Positions 13,084-24,554 of a DNA stretch of 64,000 nt are shown piece by piece. How positions within the stretch are numbered: the stretch's first letter is position 1; each line of letters begins with the position of its first letter. Where the stretch lies: contig CM041465.1 of assembly GCA_023213395.1 (NCBI GenBank), forward strand, positions 103,113,741 to 103,177,740, written 5' to 3'. The position numbers were made by a program, and so were the translations under genes. Source of the stretch: Cycas panzhihuaensis (taxonomy: Eukaryota; Plantae; Cycadophyta). The notes beneath the pieces are model-generated. The model was not told the DNA's origin. It ran no database searches and was given only the letters and a program-made list of their open reading frames with translations.

Positions 13084-15050
13084 ATGGCAACCCAATCTAG
13101 AACCTTAGAGGAAAAAATTGAAGGTGTATCAGAATTAAACCAGAGCATAAGGGCTCTAACAATCCTAATCCAAAAGTTACTAGCAAAAACAGATCAAGCA
13201 ACATAAAATGTGTCAGGTAGACAGATGGATAACACCACCACATCAGGGATAGATCAAATGGATCAAGAAAATCAAGGAAATGAGACCAAGAGATTCGATG
13301 GACGAGCTTACGGAAGGAGAACTCCCAACATGGATAATGGATGGAAAGGGGCAGGATTATCTTTGGAAAAATTTGATCCAGATGTATCTAAGAATATCAC
13401 TAATTGGGTCTTACAAATGGAGAAATATTTCAAGGTCTATAACTCCACAACTAAGGAAAAGATGGAAATAGCATCCTTACACTTAAACGGAAGGGCGTTA
13501 AGATGATACTATTGGTGGAAAAAGATGAACTTACCAATGCAATGCACTGGAGAATCTAAGAGTAGGATTAGTAAAGCAATATGACGATTCTTGGAATACA
13601 GATTACTTTTCTCAGTTAACATAATTACATCAAGAAGGAACAATCCAAGAGTACACAGAACAGTTCCAAACGCTACAATGTATGGTCTCAGAAAAGATAC
13701 CGCAGGAATGTTTACTAGAGACTTATATTAGTGGATTGAAAAATCGATCAAATTTAGAGTTAAAGCGCAGATCCACCACAACTCCAAGTAGCAATTCAAA
13801 TAGCAAGGAATGTGGAGGCGAAACTTAGAGATAGCAAATCGATATATACAAGGAAATATGGGCTACCAACATATCATACCCAGAATCCTAATGGGGCCAA
13901 ATAAGAGACAAAAGCAAACCCCCCATTAGCTATAAGAAATACAATAGAAAGCTCGGGAACAACAAAAGAGGAACACATAAGGAAAGGGACGTGCTTCAAG
14001 TGTGGAGAGAAATGGAATAAGGAACACTGGTGCCTATCAAAGAAGATTTTCATGATAAATAGCGATGATGCAGAAATACCAGAAGCAACACAAGAAGAAG
14101 TAGAAGACCAGAGCATAGGAAGGCAGGAAAATGAACTTTTGGAAGTGGATACAGGGAATGTCCAAACATCCTTGCAGGCCATTACAGGGCGACAAGTATC
14201 CCCGCAAACCCTAAGATTACAAGGACAAATCAAGGGGAGACCAGTATCAATCTTGGTAGATAGTGGGAGTACACACAATTTTATAAACAAGGCATCAGCA
14301 GAAAAACTGGGATTACAAGTGAAATCACTTAATACATTCCAGGTGTCAATAGCAAATGGGAGAACAACGCTGTGTGGGGGATACTGCAAAGACACAACTC
14401 TCCAGATCAATAATTACAAGGTCACAACTTGTATGTTTGCCATGCCCATTGGTGAAGTGGACATAGTTCTGGGAATTCAATGGCTACAAATGCTGGGTAA
14501 CATTGTTACCAATTATATGACAAGATTTATGTGTTTCCGACAAAAGGGATGCAAATACCGACTGCAAGCCTCAGCGACACCTCCAGTTTAGCTCATATCA
14601 TCTCACATAATATCATGTTACAAAGTAGAAATAAAGAACGTTCCTCCACAGATTCAGGCAATCTTAGAAGAACATCAAGGAGTTCTTGAAAAACCCCAAG
14701 GACGGCTACTAAAAAGGGAATTGGAACATGCAATAGATCAGTTAAAATTGCCACCAGAAAGCAAAATCCGCAATATCTTCCACATGTCTTGTTTAAAGAA
14801 AACGTTGGGCGAAAAGGAGGCTCCACAAACGAATTTACCAATACTGGATGAAGAAGGAATGATGATAGTGGAACCTAAGGGAATATTGAAGATTAGGGAC
14901 AAGAATTTACGATCCACGATAATGAAAGGATATCTCATCAAATGGAAGACATTGGAGCTTAAAGATGCAACGTAGGAGTCTGAAGAATGGATGCAGAAAA
15001 ATGGGTCATTACTAATGCTTTGAGGGCAAAGCATGTTTTGAAGGGGAGGG
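13084..15050 (+). pseudogene. Disrupted gag-protease-(deletion)-chromodomain of D
   Basis: Retrotrans_gag-like WVLQMEKYF..ASLHLNGRAL; knuckle CFKCGEKWNKEHWC; ILVDSGSTHNF/DIVLGIQWL; then HAID|QLKLPPESKIRNIFHMSCLKK..YLIKWK..DAT. Confidence 0.9.
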
Positions 15051-15053
15051 ACT

Positions 15054-15481
15054 TGTAGCATTCCAAAATCTAGTCAAAACTATGCCATGTAACCATTCAA
15101 ATTGAAGGCCTCTGAACAAGGATTCCAACGGTTTAAACGAAAGTCAATTCTGACATCTCAATCAAAAGTTATGGCTGTTTAAAGTTACCCTGCCAGTTTT
15201 TGAAGAAGTTCTGGCCGACTTCTATTTGAGCAGTTTTAAGAAGAATATTACCCAGTCTGGACGACTTCTATTACTATCCTTTGGCCGCCTATTTAAAGAG
15301 GATTTGCGGCCTCATTTCATCATCGTCGGAGGTTCTTTTGTTGTGCATTTTCGGTTCTAGGGCTGCAATTAGCTCGCCCATTTGGGGGCTACAGTTTGGA
15401 GGTTTCTTGCCTCGAAGAGGGAAGCTCATGTCTTCAGGAAAGACAGGAAAATTGCTATAAAAGTAGAACTAGATCGCTACA
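15054..15481 (+). repeat. 3' LTR of element D
   Basis: Direct repeat with 12538-12960; follows the PPT. Confidence 0.96.
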
Positions 15482-16838
15482 CTCACTCATGTGCCCAAGT
15501 CTCTGATGGCATAATTGAGCTGGATCTTCTACAGTCTTTGATGTTGTAGTTGCTTAGCTGACATCTGTACTTCCCACTAAAATATAAAGATTTCCTTTCT
15601 TTAAGGCTTTCATAATAACTAAGATGCCCTTTGACACCTTTAGGACTCCTTCATGACATGTATGCTTATAACCACTCGAATCTAGTTCACCCAAGGAAAT
15701 CAGATTCCTTTTCAGATCAGGTACATGTCTAACCTCAGTTAATGTTCTCACTACCCCATCGAACATCTTAATCCTGATGCTATCGATGTCCACTATCTTA
15801 CAAGAAACTTCATTCCCCATAAGTACATCACCACCATCAAGAGGTTCGTATGACGAGAACTAACTCTTGTGTAGACACATGTGGTGCGAAGCACCTGAAT
15901 CTAATAACCAGTCATGGTGATAATGAGAAACATTATAAGTAACCAAGACATCATCATCCATACCTTGATTTGACTCCACCTGATTCGCCTCCTTAGCAGG
16001 ATCTTCCTTTTTCTGGAACTCCTTCCTTTTGTAGCAATCCTTCTTGAGGTTACATGTCTTATTATAATGCCAACACCTAAGCTTACTCTTCTTGCCTTTT
16101 GACTTTGACCTCGATGTATCCCTGGAGTTTTGTCCTCTCTCAATCGTTCTACCCCTTGCCATTATATCTTCTGGTGTGGAGGTTTCAAGACTAGACTTCC
16201 TCCACACTTCTTCCATTAGCAAAGCACCCACAACAGAATCATATTCCAATTCATCTGTAGTGCTAAAACTAATTGAGGTGATAATATTATCCTAGGATTC
16301 AAGTAATGAGCATAACAGGGTAACAACCTTATCCTCATCCTCAATTTTAACATCGATACTAGTCAATTGACAAATAAGAGTATTGAAAATATTTAAATGG
16401 TCAACAATTTTTGTACCTTCCTTCATCCATAACGAGTACAGTTGCCTCTTCAGGTAGATTCAATTCTTACTGATTTGGTCATATACAGATCTTCTAACTG
16501 GATCCATAATCCTACTTCTGTCTACTCCCTTGTGATGTTAAACAAAACTTCATCTGCCAAGCACAATCGTATTGTGCTAAGTGCTTTTTTATCTAAATCA
16601 TCTTATTTATCATCGTCCATCCTTGTGGGTTTCTTCGATTTACCTACAAGGGCTTTGTACAAACCTTTCTGTACAAGAATATCATATGCTTTTAACTTCC
16701 ACAACTCGAAGTTGTTCTTGCCATTAAATTTCTCCACCTTGAACTTTGCACTTGCTAGTTTCACCATTTGGTGTAGAAAAGTCGGCACCAAAACCTTCAC
16801 AAACTCGCTGCAAAAAAAAAAGTGACTCTGATACTACT

Positions 16839-17446
16839 TGTTGAGAATACAAGGTCCCAACCCTTTAACCGCCACTAAGATCTATTGCATTCTCGCAACT
16901 AGTTACAAAAATCGAAACTTAAAATTATATATAAGTTCTAAAATCAGATATTATACACTAACATAAAAATGAAAGCCAAACATCACATATGCACCTGATA
17001 TAATGTGGTAAAACCCTAACAGTGTGCTAGGGAAACATCCACACAGGAAAGGTATCGATCTTTATTATTGTTGAATGGAGAAACAATACATCTCAGTTAC
17101 AGAGTGCTCTCATGAACAACAAAATAGTCACTGCCCTCATCACAGTACATTACACACATACAACATAATAAGAAAAGCCCTAAAATGGGCTATATGAGAG
17201 GGACATCCAAGACATGAATCACAACCATAGAATCCAGGGTATTTGTATTGAACGACCCTAATTCTCTATACATTTTAATATGGTTTACAGGGCTAATTTT
17301 TTGGGTCAGGGGCTATCACCCCCTCACCCCCCAACCAAGGGGGGCTCTCGTCCCCCTTGGAACCCCTCAAGAAATATTAAGGGGGGAAACCGTATAAAAA
17401 ACATGCCAAAATTTTAGTCCCAAAATTATTGTCACAATATCCAACA
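16839..17446 (-). repeat. 5' LTR of copia C
   Basis: 608-bp direct repeat with 9239-9846; PBS adjacent. Confidence 0.95.
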
Positions 17447-17712
17447 AAGCTATAATTCAGTATAGAAATGAAATTAAAACTAGATGAAAAATAAAGGATA
17501 AAGTACTAACATTACTTAAGGAAAAAGAATTCCCTTTTTTTCTTGACTCTTGGACTGTCTTAGTACTATTCCTCAATCTTCATGTAGAGAGTACTAAGCA
17601 AAGTTCTTTCCTCGATCTCTACTAGGGTAAAGAGAGTAATCGATTTGATAATAAAAAAAATTATGATCTTCTAGGCAACTTTCCACAATCATAACACAGC
17701 TCTTATACCACT

Positions 17713-18126
17713 TGGAACATTTCTTCTCACCAACACTCTTTGAGATAGCAGAAAAATGACAATCACAACTACGTCATTCTATCCAATAGGGCAAATAAAT
17801 TAATTGAGAACTTCACAAGAATACCAGAGTGCTAAATGATCAGTAAAATAGAGAGCAACACATCATAATCTTTATAAAAAGTTACCTCTAGATAACCATC
17901 ATTTATAATTTATGCCCTTTATATAAACAAAAGAGGGTCTTTTATATGTAATCCTATTGGTGGCCTAAGTGGCCTTACATTCTATTAGACGACATAGTGG
18001 CCTTACATACCATTGGCCAATTTGTTGGCTCATGCACAAAGTTCTATAATTAACCTTACCTTATAACCTACTGATAGCTCTCTATATAATAGTAGTTTAC
18101 ATAACTTAGCAAGATAAGTTATGTAA
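17713..18126 (-). repeat. 5' LTR of gypsy B
   Basis: Aligns with 3288-3703; adjacent tRNA-iMet-type PBS. Confidence 0.92.
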
Positions 18127-19061
18127 TTAATCAAATAAGGGCCTTAAAAGAGTGATAAAAAATTCTAAATTATGTTAGTGGTATCAATAGGTTTGAAATG
18201 ATAGCTACAAGCATTGAAGTCTCGAAAGACCTTATAACACTTAAGGTTGATCAACTTAGTGATATGTTATTAGTAGTTAAAGAAAAGAAAGATGGTAATG
18301 AGTCCTTAGAATATGCATTTACCATTAAGATGAAGATTAGGCTATCTTATAAAGTCCAAAGTTCTAGGGGAAGTGGTCAATCTCTTAGAGAAAGGGGACA
18401 AAAATTTTAAAATCAAGGGTAATGTCATTAAGGACAAGGTCAAGTTTATCAAGGTCAAAGTCAAGAACAATTATATCAAGGTCAAGGACAATTCCATCAA
18501 AGACAAGATTAAGGACAAAGATAATTCTATCAAGGCAAATTTAATCAAGGTCAAGGATAAGGTTTTTGACCTCAAGGAAGAGGTAGAGGACAAAGCCTAA
18601 GAGGAAAGAATCAAGGACAAAGAGGAAGGAATCCTAGAGGTAGAGGAAGAGGAATAATATAATATTCCTATTATTATAAAAATAGATACTTAAAAAATAA
18701 TTATTTCACAAAAAGGTCTAACATACAAAGAGGAGCAGTAAGTATAATAATTAAAGAGCTAAGGGAGAGTGAAATACTTATTCTCAAGTCTAATGCCCGA
18801 TGAAGAGGAGGATGGTTGGTATATTAATTAAAGTTACTCTACTCATATGACACATAGGAAAGAATGGCTTAAGGAGTTAGATAATACTCAAAAATATAAA
18901 ATCATATATGGAGATAATACTACTAAAGTTACAATAGGTAAAGGAAATATAACCATCCAAACAGATTTTAGAGAGACTAAGTGTATCAATGATATACTTC
19001 ATATTCCTACACTTAAGAAGAATTTACTATGAGTTGGACAAATGATAAAGTAAAAGTATAA

Positions 19062-22000
19062 TAGAGCTAGTCTAGGAATAGGTGGAGGATCAATAATCCT
19101 GTGAAAGTTATGGACCTTCCAAAGGGCTACATACTATTTAAGTTTGCATCTCAGGAAGATATGGCTAATATTCTGATGAAAGCCCTCTAAATGTTAGGGA
19201 GGAAGGCCTTACTTTTGGAAAAAGAACATTTTGATTTTGACCCCTCAGTGTTATTTGTGAAGTAGGCTATGGTTTGGGTCCAACTACCTGAGTTACCTCT
19301 CCAGTTTTAGAATATGGAGGTTATTAAGGGGGTGGAAAATGCTATCAGCCTCCTCTTGGCTATCAACTCAACTACTAAGAATAGGAGCATATTAATTAAT
19401 GCCAAATTTTACACCTTGGCTAGGATCGATAAACCTCTTACATATGTTGTATGGATCGATATGGAGGGATGAAGCAAGGAGTAGTTCCTAGTTTATGAAT
19501 TAGATAATTTTAGATGTTCAGAGTGTAAAAGGATGGGCCACCTGCCCCATAAATGCCTTGGGGAAAGGAAAGAGGAGGAGGCGTGATAAGAGTAGAATTC
19601 TATTCTAGGTAACAGTTTGTCCAAGAAGGAGGTTCTTCAAGAGTTGGTAAGTCCTAAGATTCCCCCTTTGCCTATGGAGGATAGGATCAGTTTCAACCCT
19701 GAGGCAGAGGACATCCTTAGGAGAAGGAGGAAGAGATATAAGAGGGGGAGGGTAGGGATACCTCTCTTCAGGAGGTCCAAGTAAGTCATGAAGATGGACC
19801 TGATGTGTTAGGAAGATAGGAGGTCATAGGGGTATTAGAAAAAGAGTGGATTATCAAGGGTAGAGTTCCTCAAAAGGAGTAGAGAGAAGTTAGGTAGAGA
19901 AAAGGTCTAGATGTAGGGTTTGAAAAGAGAGTGGACATACCTCCTCTTAGAATGCTAAGAGAGAAGGAAGTGGCCTCCCAAATCAACCAGGGTAGTCATA
20001 AGACTCCTCTCAGAATGCTAAGAGAGAAGGAAGTGGCATCCCAAATCAACCAGGGTGGTCATAAGACTTTAAAGGATGTGTTCTTAAAAGGACTAAGATT
20101 AATGTCCAGAGATGAGGATCATGAAGTTCAAAAAGAGGATGGAGGGGAAAGCTGGAAACCTAGGAGAAAGAGATGAAGCTTATCTCTTGGAACATTATAG
20201 GGATGAATGCTCCCTCAAAACAGAGGATACTGAAGGATTTAAGGTTGAGGGAGCAACCAAATATTATGTTTTTGCAAGAAATAAAGTTGAACAAGGACAA
20301 CAGCCTATAAGTGAAGGATAAGATTTAGAAGAAAACTAAGATGCTGGCAGTGGGTAGCAGCCAAGGGGAAGGGGTCTTGATGGTGTTGTGGAATCTAAAA
20401 GATTAGTGAGGGGAGATTTTTAAGATAGATGATTCTTTTATTTCCATATGGCTCGCATGCAAAAGGTCAAATTTAAAGTGGTTGGCTACGAATGTATATA
20501 CCCAAAACCATCCCAAGGGGAGGAGATCTTTATGGGATAGAATCTTGGAGGACCACAGAGAATATGGAGCACCTTAGTTAGTGGTTGGTGACTTTAATAT
20601 GACCCTCTTCCCTGGGGAGAAAAGTAGGGGGTAGGAGGGGTGGTCAATCAGTATGCATGATCTTGTAAGTTTCATGCAGAGAGGAGGACTATTAATGTCC
20701 CCCTCAAAGGAATAAAATTCACCTAGTCAAACAAAAGAATTGGGAATCAATATATCTGGATGAAGCTAGATAGAGTGCTAATCAACTATGACTGGGTGAA
20801 TTGCTATAATGATATTAGTCTAGAAGTGCTTATGAAAGTTTTATTAGATCAAACCCCACTCTAGTTTGTTTTCTCTAATTCTGAAAAGCGTAAGGGCTTC
20901 CCATTCATATTTGAGATGATGTGGGTTAGACAACCAAATTTTAGAAATATGATCAAGGAATGGTGGAAGGTTCCCATTCAAAGATATGCGATGTATAGAT
21001 TCTTGAAGAAGTTGGATTGGGTTAAGAGGCAAGTGAAAATATGGAACAAAGAGGTGTATGGAAATAGTCAAGGACTAAATTATCATGGACCTAGAAGCCA
21101 CTCAGTGAAGGATTCAGGAGGAAGGTAGATCTTAGGAGCTCGATAAAGTAGAGAAAGATCTAGTAAAGAATCTAGATGAGTCTTTAATCAAGGAGGAGAT
21201 CCATTAGAGGCAGAAATCTAGGGCCCTCTGATTAGTTGAGGGAGATAGAGATACCAAATTATTTCACATGATAGATGTGAAACACAAAGCTAATAATAGA
21301 ATTAGTAGCCTCCTCAAAAAAGATGGTAAAGAAGCAAATAGTCAGGAAGATCTGAAACTACTATTGAATATTTCAAATAATTGTATGGAGAGTCGAGTTG
21401 TATAGATAAAGAAGCCAGGAAAGAGTTCTTAAGGACAATCCCTAAATTGGTCAATGAAGGTCAAAACAAAATACTGAAGGCCCCCTTTACCCAATATGAA
21501 GTTAAAAAAGTGGTATTTAGGATGAAGAGGGAGAAAGCACTGGGCTTGAATGGTTTTCCTCCTGACTTCTTCCAAGAATTCTAGGACATAATAAAGGAGG
21601 ACCTAATGGAGGCTCTAGATGAGTTCCATAGGAATCAAAAGATTTTAGGAGAAGAACAAGCTACTTTTATAGTCTTAATCCCAAAGAAGGAGGGCACGAA
21701 AAGGATGGAGGACTTCCACCCTATTAGTCTTTGTAATGTTAAATATAAGATTCTCTCTAAAGTCATGGAAAATTGATTTAAAAAGATTCTTCCCCAAATT
21801 ATCTCCCTAAACCAGGATGGTTTTATGTAGGGAAGATAGATTTTAGATGGCATAATTATTGTTCATGAATTATTTCACTTGGCTTTTCAGAGAAAGGACC
21901 TAAGCAAGATAATTAAAATTGATCCCTCAAAAGCTTATGATAGAGTTTCATGGGATTGTTTATTAGAATGATTGGAAGCTTTTGGTTTTGGAGAAGTTTT

Positions 22001-24554
22001 GAGGGAGTGGATGTACTTATGCATATCTAAACCCCAATATGCTATTATAATAAATGGTATGTCATCAAGCTCTTTCTTGAGTTCCAAAGGTTTAATACAG
22101 GGAGACCCCCTTTTTCCCTATCTATTTATAATTATGGATGAATTGTTGGGTAGGGCCATGGAGGAGGCTAGAAGATTAGGGGGCATTAATAGGATAAAGC
22201 CTACTTCAGGTATTGACAATGTAGTGGAGCATTAGTTTGTTGATGATAATATCTTCTTAGAAAAAATAACCGTGAGGGAGTCTTATAGTTTCAAAGAAGG
22301 GATGGTAAGGTTTGAGAGTGCCATAAATCAAAAGATAATTTTTAACAAAAGTAGTGTATTTTTTATCAACACCCTGGAGAGAACTCAAAGGAGGATTAGC
22401 AGAATCTTAGAGATGTCTATTCTGAAGCTTCCTACAATGTACTTGGGGATGCCCTTATCCATGGGAAAAATGACAAAGGAGATGTGGGACCCCATTATAG
22501 ATAGGGTTCAAAGAAAGTTGGCGGCAGGTTGGAAGGGAGCTCTTCTAAGCCAAGCTGGAAAGGTACAACTTGTGGCTACTTCCTTTTAGAGCATCCTTGT
22601 CTATATGATATCTATATTTGGATTGCCAAGTCAGGTTTTAGCCATGTTGGAGTCTGTCCAGAAAAAACTTCTATGGTCTGGGGTGGAGGATAATGCTAGA
22701 ATTCACTTAGTGGGTTAGAAAAAGGTGTGTCTCCTAAAATGGGCAAGAGGTTTAAATTTAAGAAGATTGGCTTTATTCAATAATGCTCTAGTTGTGAAGA
22801 TTGGCTGGCATCTAGCTAAAGGTGTTGGTGGTTTATAAGACAAGATATTGACTCAAAAATATCTTCAAGGTAGGAAATTCCTAAAGGATTTGATTCCCTC
22901 CATTGAATCTCTCATTTGGGGGAGCATTTTGAAATCTAGATGCATGTTAAAGGTAGGGATATGATGGAGATTGGGGGACAGGAATGCCATAAGTTTTTAG
23001 CAGAATGTTTGGTGTGGTGACATAAAGTTATGTGGTAGGCATGATTTAGCCCCCTTGTAGTTCCTATGTGAAAGGAGCTATGTGATAAAAATGAAAGATT
23101 ATTGGGTGGGTTGGGGTGGGAATAGAAGATGGAGGAGTTTTAAGGATCTTCAGGGGGAGACTGCTTCCCAGGAAAGGATAGCTGCCCTGAAAATGGAAAT
23201 TAAAAAGTATTACATTCCTAAAAAGGGAGAAGCAGATTCTGTGGTGTGGCCCTTGTCCCAATCCAGAGATTATATAGTGAAGCAGGGTTATCACTTCTTA
23301 TGCCTTGAAAGGGAGGATTAGAGGAATTTGCTTTTGGAAGGGGTATTGAAACTAGATCTGATCTCAAAGATTGTTATGTTTTGGTGGATATGCTTGAAGA
23401 ACAAAATTCTCGTGGTGGATAACCTCAAGAAGAGGGGATTTGTGGTGTTGAATAAGTGTGTTCTCTATTAGGCTAAGGAAGAATCTATAGATCACATTCT
23501 CCTTCACTTTACTTTCACTAGAAAAGTGTGGAGGTTAGTGTTAGACATCTTTGAGGTTCATTTGGTAACCTTTGGGTCTCTTATAGATTAATAGATATCC
23601 TAGTTTAGACCTTACAAGAGTAGAACCTTATCTAGCATCTGACAGATCTCTCTTCCCTTAATGATGTGGAACTTATGGAAGGAGAGGAATATGAGGGTTT
23701 CCCAAAATAGACAATTAGATTAATATAGTATTTTTAACATCATCTACATGGGAATGGGGGAGAACATAAAGCCTAAAGGTGATAAATGTGTTTCATATCC
23801 AGAAAACTCTATCCTGAAAAAATGGGGAATATGTATGAAGGTCCAAGAGGAGTAGAGAAGGGTATGCCTTTAGGTTCCCCTTGGAGATTCTTGGGTAAAA
23901 ATAAACTTTGATGGGGCTTTAAAAGGGAACCCTAAGGAAGCCCCATGGGAGGGTGGGGGGAGGGGGGGTGTGGGATTTGTAGAGATGTTAAAGGGGGTAT
24001 TAAATAGGCTTTTGTCAAGTATTATAGCCAACAGATGAACCATGAGGCTGAGATGATAACTATGCTGAAAGGTGTGGATTTGGCTATCGAAGGGAGTTAC
24101 AACAAGCTAGTTTTAGAAGGGGATTCACTAAATGTGATTAACCTCCTTAAAGATACATCTGATCCAGATTGGAGAAATCAATCCCTGATAAAGGATACTC
24201 AAGAAGCATTGGGAGGAGTAGAGAATATTCAATTAAGGCATACTTATAGAGAGGGTAATAAAGTGGCAGATAAGATAACTAATTAGGGGGTTAATTATAG
24301 AAGGTCTTTTGTATGGAGAGAGGATCTCCCAGAGGAAATTATGAGACTGGTTAAGGAGGATTGGGACCAAGATCGGCAATAGAGCTAGCCATTGGGCCTG
24401 TCGTGGTAGGGGGAATTTTATATTATGCAGGGTCTAGCTAGGCCAAAGGCTTATCATGGTCATCTTATTTTTTAGTTAAGGGGCGGCTGATGTAAAAAGT
24501 TTTGGGATCCTGTTTTAAAACCCATTTCATTCTTTTACCTAATTAAAAAAAAAA
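19062..24554 (+). mobile_element. LINE E: 5'-truncated plant L1-clade element with C-terminal RNase H, inserted in copia A
   Basis: Partial ORF1 (DUF4283-like, knuckle CSECKRMGHLPHKC). ORF2 from ATG 20173 with EN, RT (QGDPLFPYLF, FVDD), zf-RVT and RNase H (VKINFDG, LEGDS, YREGNKVAD). Poly(A) about 24545-24554. Imperfect TSD TAAAAGTATAA (19051-19061) / TGAAAGTACAA (24556-24566). Confidence 0.92.
19941..20066 (+). repeat. 63-bp in-frame tandem duplication in LINE E ORF1
   Basis: PLRMLREKEVASQINQG(S/G)HKT occurs twice; single copy in LINE G (about 49535-49600). Confidence 0.95.

Larger units (their letters stand above)
12538..15481 (+). mobile_element. Element D: 2944-bp non-autonomous chromovirus (Gag, protease, integrase C-terminus/chromodomain; no RT, RNase H or integrase core)
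   Basis: LTRs 12538-12960 and 15054-15481 (TGTAG...CTACA). Perfect TSD CTCAC (12533-12537, 15482-15486). PBS TGGTATCAGAGC 12963-12974, PPT GAAGGGGAGGGACT 15040-15053. Confidence 0.96.
9894..16767 (-). pseudogene. Disrupted gag-pol of copia C (split by D)
   Basis: KFKVEKFNGKNNFELWKLK (Gag), WLLDSGASHH (PR), WHQRLGHMS|ERGL (D insertion site), YFVTFIDDYSRK/TPQQNG (INT), YGLKQSPRQW/LYVDDML (RT), SRTKHI/ADIFTK (RNase H). Confidence 0.93.
9239..17446 (-). mobile_element. Ty1/copia element C (Tnt1/Tork-like), inserted in the 5' leader of B; host of D
   Basis: LTRs 9239-9846 and 16839-17446 (TGTTG...CAACA). PBS TAGTATCAGAGT 16825-16836 and PPT AAGGTGGAGAT 9847-9857 (minus). Degenerate TSD GAGAT/AAGCT. 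Confidence 0.95.
3288..18126 (-). mobile_element. Ty3/gypsy chromovirus element B (Reina-like: short LTRs, Met PBS); host of copia C
   Basis: Paired LTRs 3288-3703 and 17713-18126. PBS TGGTATAAGAGC at 17699-17710 (minus), PPT at 3704-3716. Order gag-PR(DSG)-RT-RH-INT-chromodomain. Left TSD TAGTT; right junction eroded (TAATT). Confidence 0.93.

Noticed and set aside
13874-15061. Long minus-strand ORFs (178, 82 and 107 aa)
   Set aside because: Antisense shadows of the D protease and chromodomain frames.
18373-18600. K/V/D-repeat ORF (KVKDNSIK..)
   Set aside because: Off-frame shadow of the CAAGGT repeat inside copia A Gag.
23945-23975. Poly-G tract as a functional G4
   Set aside because: Local slippage within LINE E RNase H glycine codons; much shorter in sister copy G.
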